Positions 1 through 14,238 of a stretch of 64,000 nucleotides of DNA are shown here, one piece after another. The stretch's first letter is position 1. Each line of letters opens with the position of its first letter. Source of the DNA: the human T2T-CHM13v2.0 reference genome, Homo sapiens; NCBI RefSeq assembly GCF_009914755.1, contig NC_060934.1. One strand, 5' to 3'. The translations under genes and the position numbers were made by a program. The notes under the pieces are model-generated. The model was not told the DNA's origin and ran no database searches. It saw only the letters and a list, made by a program, of their open reading frames with translations.

Positions 1-554
1 GGCAGAATATGAGGATGGAATGGTCTGGGCAAGTCAGCTACCTGTGCACAAGTGGTGCTTGCTGTGACAAAGTCTTCTAATTGAATCAGTATTACAACAC
101 AAGCTCCTGGCCTTATTAGCAGTTTCATTTATTTTTCTGATTACAAAAGCATATATCCTCACTGTTAAAAATTCACATACTATGAAATGTCTGACTTGGA
201 ATGTGAGAATTGTTTTGAATCACTGTCTTTCTCTCTCATCTCAGAGAAAACCACCATTGAGTTGGGTATTCCTGCAATTGTTTTCTGTGTTGGTACTAAC
301 ACTCATTGATCTGTTAACAGAGAAAACATCCAGTAATACATTGTGAGCTTGATTTGTGGCTTCATCTCTCTATGCATTAAAAAAAAAAAAACAACTCAAA
401 TGCACCTGGGCTGCCTTAGGTCAGGCTGTGCCCCTGGCTAGCAGCTGGCCTTGCCCCCAGGTCCACTGTCCTTTAGTAAGGCCTTTTTTTGGATGTTGTA
501 GTAGGATTGATCAGGATTAACAGTTTCCTGAGCTGGAGTCATTTAAATGTGCCT

Positions 555-800
555 TGTCTGTAAATGGAGGTAATAATAGTACCTACATCATAAAATTATG
601 CTTGCAAGGATATGAAACTGTTTACATAAAGCACTTAGCCCAGCACCTGCTATATTGTAAACACCCAGTAAATGACAGTTTATATTCCCTTGCTAGATGT
701 GCAAGCTCCTGAGGACAGGGTACTAGCTGTTTACCCTTCTATCTCCTGGTCAAAGATTGGCCCACCAAGGTTGTCAATAAATATCTGTTGAAGGGATGGA
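555..800 (+). mobile_element. MIR core fragment followed by L2 3' end fragment
   Basis: tctgtaaatggaggtaataatagtacctac...aaagcacttagcccagcacctg is MIR-like; aagctcctgaggacaggg...caataaatatctgttgaa is L2 3' end-like. Confidence 0.6.
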
Positions 801-818
801 TTCCTTCTTGTTGCCTCC

Positions 819-1182
819 TGTATTAGTCCATTTTCATACTGCTATGAAGAAATACCCAATTCTGGGTAATTTATAAAGAAAAACAGGCTTAATGGACTCA
901 TAGTTCCACATGGCTGGGGAGGCCTAACAATCATGATAGAAGGTGAAGTAGGATCAAAGGCATGTCTTACATGGCGGCAGGCAAGAGAGCGTGTGCAAGG
1001 GAACTGCCCTTTATAAAACCATCAGATCTCATGAGACTTGTTCACTATCATGAGAACAGCATGGGAAAAGCCCACCCTCATGATTCAGTTACCTCCCACC
1101 AGATCCCTCCCACGACACGTGGGGATTATGGGAGCTACAATTCAAAGTAAGATTTGGATGGGGACACAGCCAACCCATATCA
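819..1182 (-). mobile_element. THE1-family MaLR solo LTR
   Basis: TG...CA termini (tgtattagtcc...ccatatca); 5-bp TSD CCTCC at 814-818 and 1183-1187. Confidence 0.93.
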
Positions 1183-2969
1183 CCTCCATTGAGCTTACTG
1201 ACCAGGGGTCCATCAAGACCCCTTCAAGACCACATGTGTGCTTCACACTGGAAGAAGAATCTGGAAAGAAGAGTTGGAGGGTCAGATAAGGCAGAGCCTG
1301 CAGTAAGGCTGGGAAGCTGCCAGGCAGGTCTTGGTGTTAAAGAGGGGCCATGCCCCAGGGGCTGGGGGCAGGGTCTGTGGACAGCTGTTCCTCTGTCTCA
1401 GGTGGGCCTGACCATGCTTCTGGTCAACAGGATGGCATTTGGGAAGAAGAACTGGAGGCAATATGGGAGGACAAACTGGAACTTCCTGGCCAATAGTTCA
1501 GCCTCTCTTTTCACCTTGCCTAACCATGATAACTTCCTGAAAATAACAGCTGCTGCTCCACTTCTCCCTTTCAGATCTTGGGCAGATTTCTCCTCTGGCC
1601 AACTTTACATCAGATCCATATACACAGAAGGCATTCTAGGAAATGTCCCTGCCCAGCCAAGGTGACTCAGTCAGTGAACCACCATCTAAAACCCATTCCT
1701 GTGTCTGCTGGAATAAAACACTCAGGGCCCTTCAGTCTTTGAGCTGCTAATGAATCCCATAGCTTTTTGCTGGGACATTCAGAATAGTTTTAACCAGCCA
1801 GCTATACCAAGTTAGATCTCTTCAATCCCATGCACAGAGAGGCCTGCTGCCCAGGACAGATATGCACAGACACCCATTGTGTGGGGCCATCATCTCCCGG
1901 TCTAATGATGTTGAAGTTTATTAGCTGTTGTAGCAGGCGAGGTCTCCTAGGATTTCTCTAGTCTATAATTGGCTTTTACTGTGGTGGGTTCTGTGAGTGT
2001 CAGAAATAATGAGGTGACATTTGGTTATGACATGGCATCATTAGAGGACTGGTAATGCAGATTATGAACACGCATTCTTGTAAGGAAGAATAATAAATCA
2101 AGTCGAAAAATGCTTGATAAGTAATAAGGGTCACATCTAAATATAAACTCTTTTGGTGTATATTAATGCCAGCAACTAATAATTTATAGGTCCTGTCCTC
2201 CATGGGGCTTGCGAGTCCCCTGCTGAAATAGTATTTCTCAGGCCACTGGAAAAACCCATGGTGAGTGTCAGTTAAGAAGTTTGAAGATCATTTGTGGCAT
2301 GTACAGGGTTGGGTGGGATGCAGATTAATTCATCAGGAGTGAGAGGAAGGGCATGTAAGAGCCTAGCTTTCCAAAACGGAATTATTTTGAGCACATTTTT
2401 ATATGCCCCTACATGATTCCAACAGTATTATGTTTTCCCAAAAAAATAGCAATTTGTAACAGTCATTAAATTGCTGTGACATATGAGTGAGCAGCATTTC
2501 CCCACCCCCCAAGAAACACTGAAAGCTATGTATTTTAACACTGTCAGGAACAAACCAATGCAAATAGTTGTCTCTGGCTGTGGAAGTTCTTTTTCTTGTT
2601 CTCGTGCACTAGGTATTTATAAGATCGAACAGTTCTGCTCATTATACAATTCAGAACTTTTAGCACCAATGTTCGTAGTCAGCAGTGATAAGAAAGGGAA
2701 GTCTGGGAGAAACATTAGTGGGTTTCCTGCTATGTGCCAGGCTTTTCCATACAAATAGTTTCAAATATCTCATCCCTTGCTCTCATCCTCCACCCCATGC
2801 CAATGTTTAGTATCCCAGTGATGGCCCCATATCAAATGCTCTGAGAGACAGCAGAACATCTATTAACACTGGTCCCTGCCTGCCCCGTCTGCCTCCATCT
2901 GTCCTTCTTTTTGCCTCCAACTCCATCTTTTTTTGCTTGCTATGTCTAAAAATCTCTCCTTACCTTTAA

Positions 2970-3430
2970 CTTTTTTTTATGTTGATGAATAATACACATA
3001 CAGCACAGAAAATTACGTAAACCATAAGAGCTCAGCTTGGAATTTTCCTAAACTCTAACCAGCATCCTAGAAGCTGCTTTGTATTCCCTTCTAATCACTA
3101 CCTCTCCCCGTGGACAGCCCCTCTCCTGACTTCTAACAGCATTGATTCTTTGGCCTGTTTTTACAGTTCATATGAATGGAGTCACGTGGCTGCTTTCACC
3201 CAGCATTCTGTTTGTGAGGCTCAACCATGCTGTGTGTCGTTGTAAATTGCTCATTCTCATTGCTGGACACTGTGTCATTGCATACCTGTTCCACAGCTTA
3301 TCCATTCTACTGTCCCTGGGCACTTTTGGCCAGTTATGGGCAGTGCTCCTAGGAACCTTCTAGTATATATCTTCTGTTGAACATATGCTTCCATTTCCAT
3401 TGATTATATACCTAGAGAAGAAATGCTGGC
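2970..3430 (-). mobile_element. Old L1 (L1ME/MD-like) 3' UTR fragment
   Basis: T-rich start; ctcctgacttctaacagc, ctttcacccagcattctgtttgtgagg and tatccattctactgt match old L1 3' ends in antisense. Confidence 0.7.
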
Positions 3431-3844
3431 TTCCTTTATTATAAATTTTACCTGTTCTTCAATCATCTCAGTCCTCACTGAAATGAAAAGGGAGTCTTGA
3501 GTGATGCTTAGGCCATAAACTAAGGTGTGCAAGAAATAGAATTTTATTTCTAAAATTTAAATCTACTTTTAAGCTCCAGACTGGGAAAAATCCAATTCTA
3601 GTCATTTTTTGATTCTCCCTCTTCCAGTGAAGTAACCCAGATCAGAAGACAGAGGAAAGGGTCTCTAGCCCTGTCTGTTCCCAAGCTGACAAGGTTCAGG
3701 CCAAAAGGGTTTTCTGCACTTTGCTTGGGGTGTGGGAGTTTGGGGAGGCTAGGACTCTTGACATCTTTGAGATATCCTTCTGGGTCCTTCCTGGGTGGCT
3801 ATCTCTTTGTGGGGAGCCATATTCCTGCTGCTCTCAGGGAAATC

Positions 3845-4225
<381 letters not shown>

Positions 4226-4855
4226 TTATCTGGCTTCTTAGAGCCCCTCTGCCTCTTCCTCAAGCTCTGCTCAATTCTGTGGGCTAGGATTTTGGAGAAC
4301 AAAAGTCAAGAAGTCTTGCAGGCTGGTTGCATTCTGCTCTGGCATATTCCTGGCCTGAATATTCAACACAGAACCTGCTACCATCAATGCGGAAAGGTGA
4401 CAATTCAGGAGAAAAATATAAATCATCTCAAAGTCTCCCAGCTCTTTGCTTGGCTAACGTGTTGGGGAAAGGGGTGACACTGGTGACATAGGCTGACGCT
4501 TAACACAGCTGCTTGCTGTATGGCCTGAGGGGCCACCTGGGCACCACCTGAGTATGGCGGTTTCTCTCTTACAGGACTCTTGTGACCCCATGTTTGTCTT
4601 GTCCCAGGAAGCGGAGAAAGGGTCTTGGGTGGAAAGGAGGGAGGTAGGAGAGACTGAGAGGGAAGGAAGAGATGGGACAGGGGCTGTTATGGGCACACAG
4701 GCCCCGGGAGATCCTTGGGGAGAAGACACATTGTCAAAGTAGAACAGTTACCAATCTCAGGCACATGCAGAAGTGGCTGATGCATTAACAGAGCAGCAGG
4801 GATGACGACTTCATGTCCTGAGACAGCAGCAAGTCACATGAGAACACTCGCTCCG

Positions 4856-5313
4856 TGTTCCTTTCCTGTGGCTGCCAGAACAAAGTGCCACAAACTGTGG
4901 GGGCAGTGGGCTTAAAACAGCAGAGATGTATTCCCACACAGTCCTGGTGCCTAGAAGTCCCATTCAAGGTTTCGGTAGCAGGGCTGTTCTCCCTCAGAAG
5001 GCTCCAGGGGAGGATCCTTTCTTGCCCCTTCCAAGTTTCCAGTGGTGGCTGGCAAGCCTTGGGGTCCCTTTGCTTGTGGCGGCATCCCTCCAGTTTCTGC
5101 CTGTCTTCACATGGCTGTCTTCCCTCTGTGTGTATCCGTGTTTTCTCTTCTTAGAAGAGGACAGTCCCTTGGATTTGGAGTCGGGCCCGGCCTACTCCAA
5201 ATGACGTTGTCCTATTACTATTTACATTTGCAAAGATTGTATTTGCAAATAAGGTCACATTCTGAGGTCTGGTTATACATAAATTTTGGGGGGATGCTGT
5301 TCAACCCAGTACA
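4856..5313 (-). mobile_element. MLT1 (B/C-like) MaLR solo LTR
   Basis: gctgccagaacaaagtgccacaaactg...ggcttaaaacagcagagatgtatt...aataaggtcacattctgagg...ttcaacccagtaca. Confidence 0.8.
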
Positions 5314-5746
5314 CCCCCTGAAAGGAATTGACGTGATTGGAGGTCGTTGTCAGTTGAGTTCTCCCAAAGCACGCATAGTTTTTCTCATTTTTCTTTTCTG
5401 TCTTGATAGAAGCAAATTTGAGGATCCTTTCCCCTTTCTTTTTCCTTTTCCTTCTTTTTTACATTTTCTTAATGATACAGAAACCAGGACTTACTTACAT
5501 AATTCATAACTCACTCCAGAAGTCATAGACTCAAGAATTCCACCAGCTTTCTATGGGTTGTGGCATTTCTTCCCCTCCCCTCACTGGGATTTTCCCTCCT
5601 TTCGTCCATTGCTCGCCTCTCCTCATGCCACTGGCTTGATTTTTGTCCTTTTCACCTAGGCCTTGATAACTGTCTGCTTGGGGCACCTGCCTGCCTTCTG
5701 GCATGTGCATCCTCGTTTCCTCTCACTTTTGGAGAAGAGGAAACAT

Positions 5747-6052
5747 GGCTGGGTGTGGTGGCTCACGCCTGTAATCCTGGCACTTTGCGAGGCAGAGGTG
5801 GGCAGATCACGAGGTCAGGAGTTCAAGACCAGCCTGGCCAACATAGTGAAGCCCTATCTCTACTAAAAATACAAAAAATTAAGCTGGGCGTGGTGGTGGG
5901 TGCCTATAATCCCAGCTACTTGGGAGGCTGAGGCAGGAGAATCACTTGAACCAGGAGGCAGAGGTTGCAGTGAGCAAAGATGGTGCCACTGCTCTCTAGC
6001 CTAGGTGACAGTGTGAGACTCCATCTCAAAAAAAAAAAAAAAAAAAAAAAAA
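5747..6052 (+). mobile_element. AluS (Sg-like)
   Basis: Full dimer, gatcacgaggtcaggagttc, poly(A) tail, imperfect TSD aggaaacat/aggacacat. Confidence 0.93.
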
Positions 6053-6310
6053 GGACACATAATTCCTAAGAGATTTGCTGGGGGTCACATACAACAAAGG
6101 AAATAGTTCATGGAGTGCAATGGCCAGGGCCCAGCAGGAACCAGGGAGGTTTACACAGAGTCACTGGGCAGCATTTAATAAAGAGGCTATTTATAAAGGT
6201 GTCGGCCGTATTAGGAGAAAACAGCAAGGGATGTTGCAGGACCCTAGAGTTGCTCCTACCAGCCCTCGGTTTGAGGGGCAAGAGGAGGGAGTATTTACAG
6301 GAATGCAGAG

Positions 6311-6350
6311 GGAGGAGCTAAAGCTGGAGGGGAGGAGCTAAAGCTGGAGG
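6311..6350 (+). repeat. Perfect 20-bp tandem duplication (ggaggagctaaagctggagg x2)
   Basis: Directly visible. Confidence 0.95.
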
Positions 6351-6437
6351 ATAGGAGCTCCCACCAGGACATGGCCCTAGGTAGAGGAAGCCAGCCAAAC
6401 TGCAGAGACCACAAACGGGCCAAGGGACACTGGCATC

Positions 6438-6767
6438 TGATATGGTTTGGCTGTATCCCCACCCAAATCTCATCTTGAATTCCCATGTGTTATGGGAGGC
6501 ACCTGGTGGGAGATGATTGAATTATGGGAGTGGGTCTTTCCCATGCTATTCTTGTAATGGTGAATGGGTCTCAGGAGACCTGATGGTTTTAAAATATGGG
6601 AGTTGCCCTGCACAAGCTCTCTCTTTGCCTGCTGCCATCCATGTGAGATGTGACTTGCTCCTCCTTGCCTTCCACCATGATTATGAGGCCTCGACAGCAA
6701 GTCCAATTAAACCTCTTTCTTTTGTAAATTTCTATCTTTATCAGCAGCATGAAAATGGACTAACACA
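6438..6767 (+). mobile_element. THE1-family MaLR solo LTR with small internal deletions
   Basis: tgatatggtttggctgtatcccc...ggactaacaca; TSD GCATC at 6433-6437 and 6768-6772. Confidence 0.93.
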
Positions 6768-9700
6768 GCATCCCAGCTTCACTTTCCTCCCTTTCTCTGC
6801 TTCCTGGCAGTGCCTCTTGAGGTGGAACCAAGTGGACGTCCAGCTGATGCAGCTTACAGTGGTGGAAGGGAAAAGGCAGGTCTGGAGAAGTCAACAAAAG
6901 CTATCCAGACACGAAGCTGAGATCCTGCTCCTGGGTGAATGTGGGGTGAAGAGGGCTTGCCTTGCTAGCTTTCTGGCCAAATGGCTCTGAAACAAGCCCA
7001 GAAGTTGGGAAGTTGAGTCTATGCCACCGAAAAAGCCCATTTGCAACTAACGAGTTGCAATTCGTTACAGGGCAATTTCTAGTTTCCAGTCAGCAAAATT
7101 AGTTTCTTGCTTTACGTGGGGGAAAAGCAATCTAGATCTTTTTGGATAGATAGTTCGGAAAACATCAAAATTTTATAGCAGCAATTGGTCTTGCTGAGAG
7201 TAAGAACAATTCTAGAACAGAAAGTGACAAAAATACTTAAAAGACGATGCACCATGTTGTATAACTAATTCAAATCATTCTACCTCAGATTGGATCTAAT
7301 AATTTAAATATTTCAAATACTATTAATTCAATTTAAATTATCTGGATAATAAACTCATATTTTCTCCTCAAAGCAGTCTCCTTTTTAATATAAAATATCT
7401 GATTTATGAAAAATGGAATTCAGTCAACATACTTTTCAGTAATATGACACATCATTTTTCCCCTTTTCTCCTCTTGACAAATGAACTCAAAGGTGACATA
7501 CATAGATGTATTTTTTTTGTTCACTGGCATTTGAAATACATTTTTCTTGTGTAAGTCAAATGAATCATTATATATTAATTTGTATGATCAGATTTATTAG
7601 GGTTTCTGGAGCTGTTAGGAGTTTTCAAATACGTCCTTAAAAACTTCTGGGTCATTTCTGTGATTTATTGAAAAGTAATATTATATAAATATGAGTTTAG
7701 GTGCCCATTAAAAATAGATTTGAGTCCCATAATCTGAAAATTACTCAGTTCTTCATATTTCATAATGCATTACATTAGCTGGCAGTATAGAGTCATCATG
7801 ATATTAACACAGATTTGAGCAGTAATAGAAATGTACTTACAGGAAGGTTAAAAGAATAAGATCCACTTCTAATGGCTCTTTGTGCCACCCAGAACAAAGT
7901 AATGCTTTGTGAGCATATTTTTAAAAATTTGAATAATGAGTTTATAAGATTTAAAAATACTGATTTCTGGATGCTATTTTGAAATACCATGTCTCGTACA
8001 ATATTATTTAAAAATATAAACATTCAAAATAGCCAGATGGGGCTATTTTTTTCCTCCTCCATTTTGAAGATGACTAGGAATCTGTGAAATGTAAATGATG
8101 AGGAATGTCTGCCTGGGGTCCCTAATAGAGTGTGTCGGGAAGCTCCCTTCTGCCCTTCTTGAGATGGATGGATGCTGTAAGGAAATTGGCAGAAGCTGTG
8201 TGGGAATGACTGCGCGGAGTGTCCTGGGAAGACAGATGAGTCGCTCACTAGAATATGAACAGCGGTGAGAACGGGCTTTTCCCTGAGGGTCCACTGAAGC
8301 TGGGTCTCAGGTTAGTTCAGTCTTTATCATGCCAGTCGTGTTGGCACTGTTCCCCCAGCTGAGATCTGTTGAGATGAGTCTGTGTTTCCAATTTCTTCAT
8401 CATGAATTTAACTTGGGTAAAGACATGCTGGGACAACTTCAGGATAACACCCTGGGACAATTTCAGATCCCTCACTCCCTCTGCCTGGTTCAAAAACATC
8501 CAAAGATGGGAGTTATTGGAATTCACACTCTGCTAGATCTGAGCCCAAATTTAATAGCTTAACATAATGGCTAGTTGGTTTAAAAAAATCCTTGGTATTT
8601 GTGATATTTTTTCTTTTTTCAGAGGGCTTGAGGTGATCAAATATGCTGACTTCCTCCTGGCAGTAAGGAATCCCTAGACTGCTCATTGGCCTCAGATGCA
8701 TGCTAGCTTCATCTACAGACATGCTGATCAATATCAGTGCTCAGCCACCCCCCTCCAAACCTGTTCATGAGAATCGCTCAGGACCAGAGTGCCAAACCTG
8801 GACTGAGAAGGGGAGGTGAGGTGTCCCCTACTCCTTTCTCTCAAGTCTAGGCTTCCCCCACCCACCCACCTCATTCACCTTCTAACAACCTGCTTCCAGG
8901 AGGCCTTGGCCTGCATGTGTTCAGCTGAGCAGCGAGGTTTTGTAGGGAGGAAACAAGATTGGGATGGGGTGAGTCTCAGACATTGGTGATCCTGCTCTGA
9001 CCCCAAGGACTGTGTCTGAGTCCTCTGGAGAGGGAGTGAGGTGAGGAGGGACACCATGGCATGGCTTTGAGTAGGAGCCATGACCACACGTGAGGAAGAG
9101 AGGATGCCCCCACCTATGGAGGGGCACCACATAGCTGCAGAGTAGGAGAAGCAGCTTTCCCCTGCCTACAAAGACTGGCAGCACTGGGAGAATGAAAGGA
9201 CTGCCCCTTTGACTCCAATGTTAGCATTGCCACTGTGAACACTGGCCTGCACTAGCAGGATGGAAAAGCAGGCAGGAAGTGTCCTGAGCCAATGCAAGGG
9301 CTCCCTGGTGACTCTTTGGAGGTATGTGTGTGAATGTGCATGAGATGAATGGATATTGTGAGGAAATTGGCAGCCACGTCTACAGAAGCTGTGTGGGAAT
9401 GTGTGCATGTGTGTGAACATACACATGCATTTTTTTCACAGGGCTGGAGGGCACATGGGAGAAGAACCAGGGACACCTGGGCTGATGCATATGACACTCA
9501 CTGTAGCCACAGGCTGGTGCACCAGGCCTGGGGAGCCTTTGGTGACATGTTGAACTAGTGTTGGTTCCCATGTCATCTTTTGGGTAGACATGGGATGGCC
9601 CACAGTGACTAAGGAAAAAAAACAAAGAAACCATCAACATTGGCACCTGTCTTTTGGCTTCAACAAATTCATGCCCCATGAGGTGCGCATAGATCCCAAG

Positions 9701-10529
9701 TCTCAATGCTGCACTTTGCCTAAGATCTGATGCTCTCCTCCCTCAGTAGCAATATGAGATGATCTTTAATGACCAGGGCCAATGTTGCTTTCTCCAGGAA
9801 GTCTTCCCTGATCTACAGCAGCCACAAATATTTCTCCATCTGGTTTACTGAGGCTCATCAACTGTACTTCTCCTATTGAGGTTTTCCACTTTCTCACTTG
9901 GATATCTTCAAATGACATGTGTACATGGGGCATGCTGTGGAGTCTCACCATCTGTATTTGTCCACTTTCCTACCAGGTGGGAATCCTTGAGGACAGAGTT
10001 TACTTCCTAGCTCTCCTATTTCTATAATAAAGTACGTTCAGGGAATTCTCCCATACATGTTTCCTGAACAAATGAATGATTAATCCTTGCATCCTTTCTG
10101 TTGAACAACTGTGAACATTTTGCTTGGAAAAATAGGCTTCACAAAAGGGTTCTTATTGCTGTTTTAAAAACATTCCTGTTTAAAACGGTTTGAGTCCATA
10201 GGGGACTTTTCTAAGTACATTTACTAACCACCGACCCAGTAAGCATGAAGCGGGGCTCTCCAGGCCCTTTCCAACATGGCTCACTAGGTGTGCGATTCTT
10301 TGCTTGTTGATCCAGTACTTAGGGTTTTGAGTAAAGCCACCTTGCTGGGTACTCAAACATGAACTAGAAAAAGCAAGCCTCAACTTGGAGGGGACTGAGG
10401 AATACCCCAATTTTGATGACAAAAACATCAACAGATCTTCACTTTATGGTAGTTATACTTTTAGTACCTGTTAATTGAGAATGGATATAATAAAAAATGA
10501 TATGGATAATTCGAGGAATACTTTTAAAG

Positions 10530-10531
<2 letters not shown>

Positions 10532-10573
<42 letters not shown>
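10532..10573 (+). repeat. (GT)21 microsatellite
   Basis: Perfect dinucleotide run at the L1 5' junction. Confidence 0.97.
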
Positions 10574-10576
<3 letters not shown>

Positions 10577-12003
10577 ATAAGGCTACAGAAACCAAAACAG
10601 CATGGTACTTGTCTAAAAACAGACAAGTAGACCAAGAGAACAGGACAGAGAACCCAGAAATAAAGCTACACACCTACAGCCATCTGATCTTTGACAAAGT
10701 TGACAAAAATAAGCAATGAGGAAAAGACTCCCTATTCAATAAACAGTGCTGGGATACCTGGCTAGCTATATGCATAAGAATAAAACTGAACCCCTTCCTT
10801 TTACCATATAACAAAATTAGCTCAAGTTGGATTAAAAATTTAAATGTAAGACTTCAAACTATAGGAATCCTAGAAGAAAACCTAGAAAACACCATTCTGG
10901 ACATCTGCCTTGTGAAATAATTTATGATTAAGTCCTCAAAAGCAATTGCAACAAAAATGAAAATTGACAAGTGGGACCTAATTAAAGAGCTTCTGCACAG
11001 CAAAAGAAACTATTAACAGAGTAAACAGATAACCTACAGAATGGGAGAAAATATTTGCAAGCTATGCATTAGACAAAGGTCTAATCTCCAGAATCTATAA
11101 GGAACTTAATTCAAAAACCAAATTATCCCATTAAAAAATAGGTAAAAGACATGAACAGACACTTCACAAAAAAGACATACAAGTAGCCAACAAATATATG
11201 AAAAAATGCTCATCCTCATTAATCATCAGAGAAAAGCAAATCAAAACCACAATGAGATACCATTTCACACCAGCCAGATGGCTATTATAAGAAAGTCGAA
11301 AATCAACAGATGCTGTCAAGGCCGAGGTGAAAAGGGTACATTCATACACTGTCGGTGGAAATGTAAGTTCGTTCATCCACTGTGGAAAGCAGTTTAAAGA
11401 TTTCTCAAAGACCTTAAAACAGAACTACCATTGAACCCGGCAATCTCATTACTGGGTCCCTGAAATCTCATTACCCAAAGGAAAGTAAATACTGCTACCA
11501 AAAAGACACATGCACTCATATGTTCATTGCACCACTGTTCACAATCGCAAAGACTTGAAATCAACCTAGATTCCCATCAGAGGTGGACTGGATAAAGAAA
11601 CTATGGTACATATACACCATGGAATACTACACAGCCATAAAAAGAATGACATTACGTCCTTTGCAGCAACATGAATGCAGCTGGAGGCCATTATCCTATG
11701 CAAGTTAATGTAGAAACAGAAAACCAAATACCACATGTTCTCATTTATAAGTGGGAGCTAAACATTGGGTACTCATGGACATAAAGATGGCATCAATAAA
11801 CACTTGAAACTGCTAGAAAGAGGAGTGGGGAAAGAGGAAGGGTTGAAAAACTAACTATTGGGTACTACACTCACTACCTAAGTGATGGATTAATTTCTAT
11901 CCCAAACTTCAGCATCATCCAATATACCAATATACCCATGTAATAAACCTGTACATATACCCCCTAAATCTAAAATAAAGGTTGAAATTCTGAAAAAGAT
12001 TAA
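10574..12003 (+). mobile_element. 5'-truncated L1 (L1PA15/16- or L1PB-like): ORF2 3' part and 3' UTR
   Basis: Translates to ORF2-like [12 protein letters not shown]; typical ORF2 tail; 3' UTR gggttgaaaaactaactattgggtact...aaataaaggttg. Confidence 0.92.
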
Positions 12004-13498
12004 AAAGTAGGGTTTGAAAAAAGTATTTTTATTTAATCTTAATAGCACCTACAGGCATAAATCTAGCATTATTTTGTTTTTATGGAAATGCAGATCAAAA
12101 TGAGAGTGTCTGTTGCCATATGTATTCATGAATGCTTTGAAATTACTCCTGTGTCCCTCAGGTCTGTGGCCTGTGGATCAGCCGTCACTGAGATAAACGA
12201 TCCTTTTGATTAGACAGCATGGTCAAGGTGCAGCACTGAAACCTGCTGGCTTCTGCGGTGGCTTCATGCTTCCCCTACATGCATTTTACTTCATGTGTGT
12301 GCAGAGCTTACAGCCAGCCTGTCTGCAAAATTAGGAGAAGGGGGTTATGACTGTATCTGTTTGGAGATAAATCCTCCCAACTGTATCATGCTGTCTGGAG
12401 CCAAACTAGAAACAGGACTTGCTCCTCCTGTTTTATGACTGGAAGTTTAAGTCAATGCTGGATGGGCCAGTGCACGGGCAGAGGACAGGCTCCCTGGGGT
12501 AGTTTACGGGCATCAATCTTTTCTTTTCAGTTAGACTTGACAGGTTGGAAAAGGGAATGTGGCATAAATATAAACTAGATCTTGAGAATCCAAGTGTTTT
12601 TTGTCCTGTTGTTTCTAAAAGCTTCCTTTTCAACTCACTTTATAAACTGACCATGCATAGCAGTTTCTGTGGGATAAATTATTAAACCTGGGTCAAAGCA
12701 TAAAGAATGTTCTGTCTTTGGATATTAGCAATTTGGTGAGATTTCTCCATTCTTGTATCACATTAATTTGCCTGTGTGTATTCAGGCAGGACAGTGTCAT
12801 ATCGTATTTTCAGCTTGCTGGTTTTGATGAAATAACACACCATTTATTTCAATATTTCAAACTTATCCAATCATTTTCCTTTTCATCATTGGCTATTTTT
12901 AAATTTAAAGTCTTTGGTGTGACAGGTGTTTCCTAAATAGAAATTTTCCTACATCAGTTTATGAAGTAGAGGACCTAATATAATCTCTGAACTTCATACA
13001 ATCAGCACATTTGTGCTATTTCTATGGTAAGATTGAAGAAGGGTTCAATTACTTGGAGAAAATTTTGTCATTTTCATGAAATACATCATCTCACACAAAG
13101 TTCCACCTTCTACAGGCATCTCTGTCTCATTTCTGACAGATTTTATAATGCTTGTTTCAACCCTGACAGTGTTCCAGGACACATTCCATCTTTCATTAGT
13201 AATACATAAACTGCCTTTCTTTTCCCAAGGAAATAACTGAGACTAGAATCCAGGTCTCCTCTTCCTGGCTGCTGGACTATTGACTTAATGCTACTGATCA
13301 GGTCCTTGTAGACATCTATGGGGAGAGGGGATCTGCCTGCCCCTCCTCTCCAACATATCCCTTACAGGGGTTTGGGCTAGGAGCTTGATTTTGGCTCCTT
13401 GGTTCTATGGTTTATTAAACTAAGAGTGGATTCTGGACCCAAGATAGGCCACTTAGATTTGTTTCCTGAAGAAAACATGGAGAATCGGAAGCAGGGCA

Positions 13499-14238
13499 TG
13501 GAGAGATATACAATAAAGTATTTGTCAGATCTTTGTCCCTGGCTTCTGAGAGGGAGCTTCTAAACCCTAGGAATATCCTGAGTGTATGAGTGTCTTTGTT
13601 ATTCGTGGTATGCCCTTAGACCACATCCAAATTTATGTGAAGATGACTCAGGATGGGGGCTGGTCATGTCTGAAACACCAACCATGTGATTAGGGGCTTA
13701 GGGCTTTGAGCCATCAGTCCCACCTTTGAGGAGAGGAGGAGGGCTGAAGATTGGGTTTAGTTATGTGGCCATTGATTTCATCAATCATTCCTACAGAATG
13801 ACATCTCAATAAAAACTCTAGATACTGGGGCTCTGATGAACTTTCTGATTGGTGAACCCATCAATGTGCCAAGAGGGGCATGGGCCATGATTCCATGGGA
13901 CGGGGAACAGCTCTGCATTTGAGACCCTCCCAGACCTCACTGTATGTGTCTCTTCATTTCACTGGTCCTGATTTGTATCCTTTATAATAAAACTTCCATT
14001 GTAGGTATAGTGCTTTCCAAGGTCCTGTGAGTTATTCTAGTGAATTTTTAAATCTGTGGTGGTCCCGGGAATCTTCTGAATATGCAGCTAATTGGTAAGA
14101 ATCTCAGGTGGCCTGGGACCTCCGACCTTGTGGCTGGCATCTGGAGTAAGGGCAGTCTTGCCAGGAACTGAGTCCTTAGCCTGTGGAGTCTGTGCTAACT
14201 CAGGACAATTAGTGTTAGGAGTGCCCTGCAGTGTCACA
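13499..14238 (+). mobile_element. MER21-like LTR
   Basis: ctttgtccctggcttctgagagggagcttctaaaccctaggaat, gagaccctcccagacctc, tctgtgctaactc. Confidence 0.8.

Larger units (their letters stand above)
6120..6910. mobile_element. Old ERVL LTR (LTR33-like) split by a THE1 insertion
   Basis: tttaataaagaggctatttataaaggtgt...caagggatg and ggtctggagaagtcaacaaaagctatccag resemble recalled LTR33; the sequence continues across the THE1 TSD. Confidence 0.5.

Noticed and set aside
10534-11397. ORFs with reverse-transcriptase-protein-like peptides
   Set aside because: They are broken L1 ORF2 remnants (as are 24250-24444 and 43408-43653), not genes
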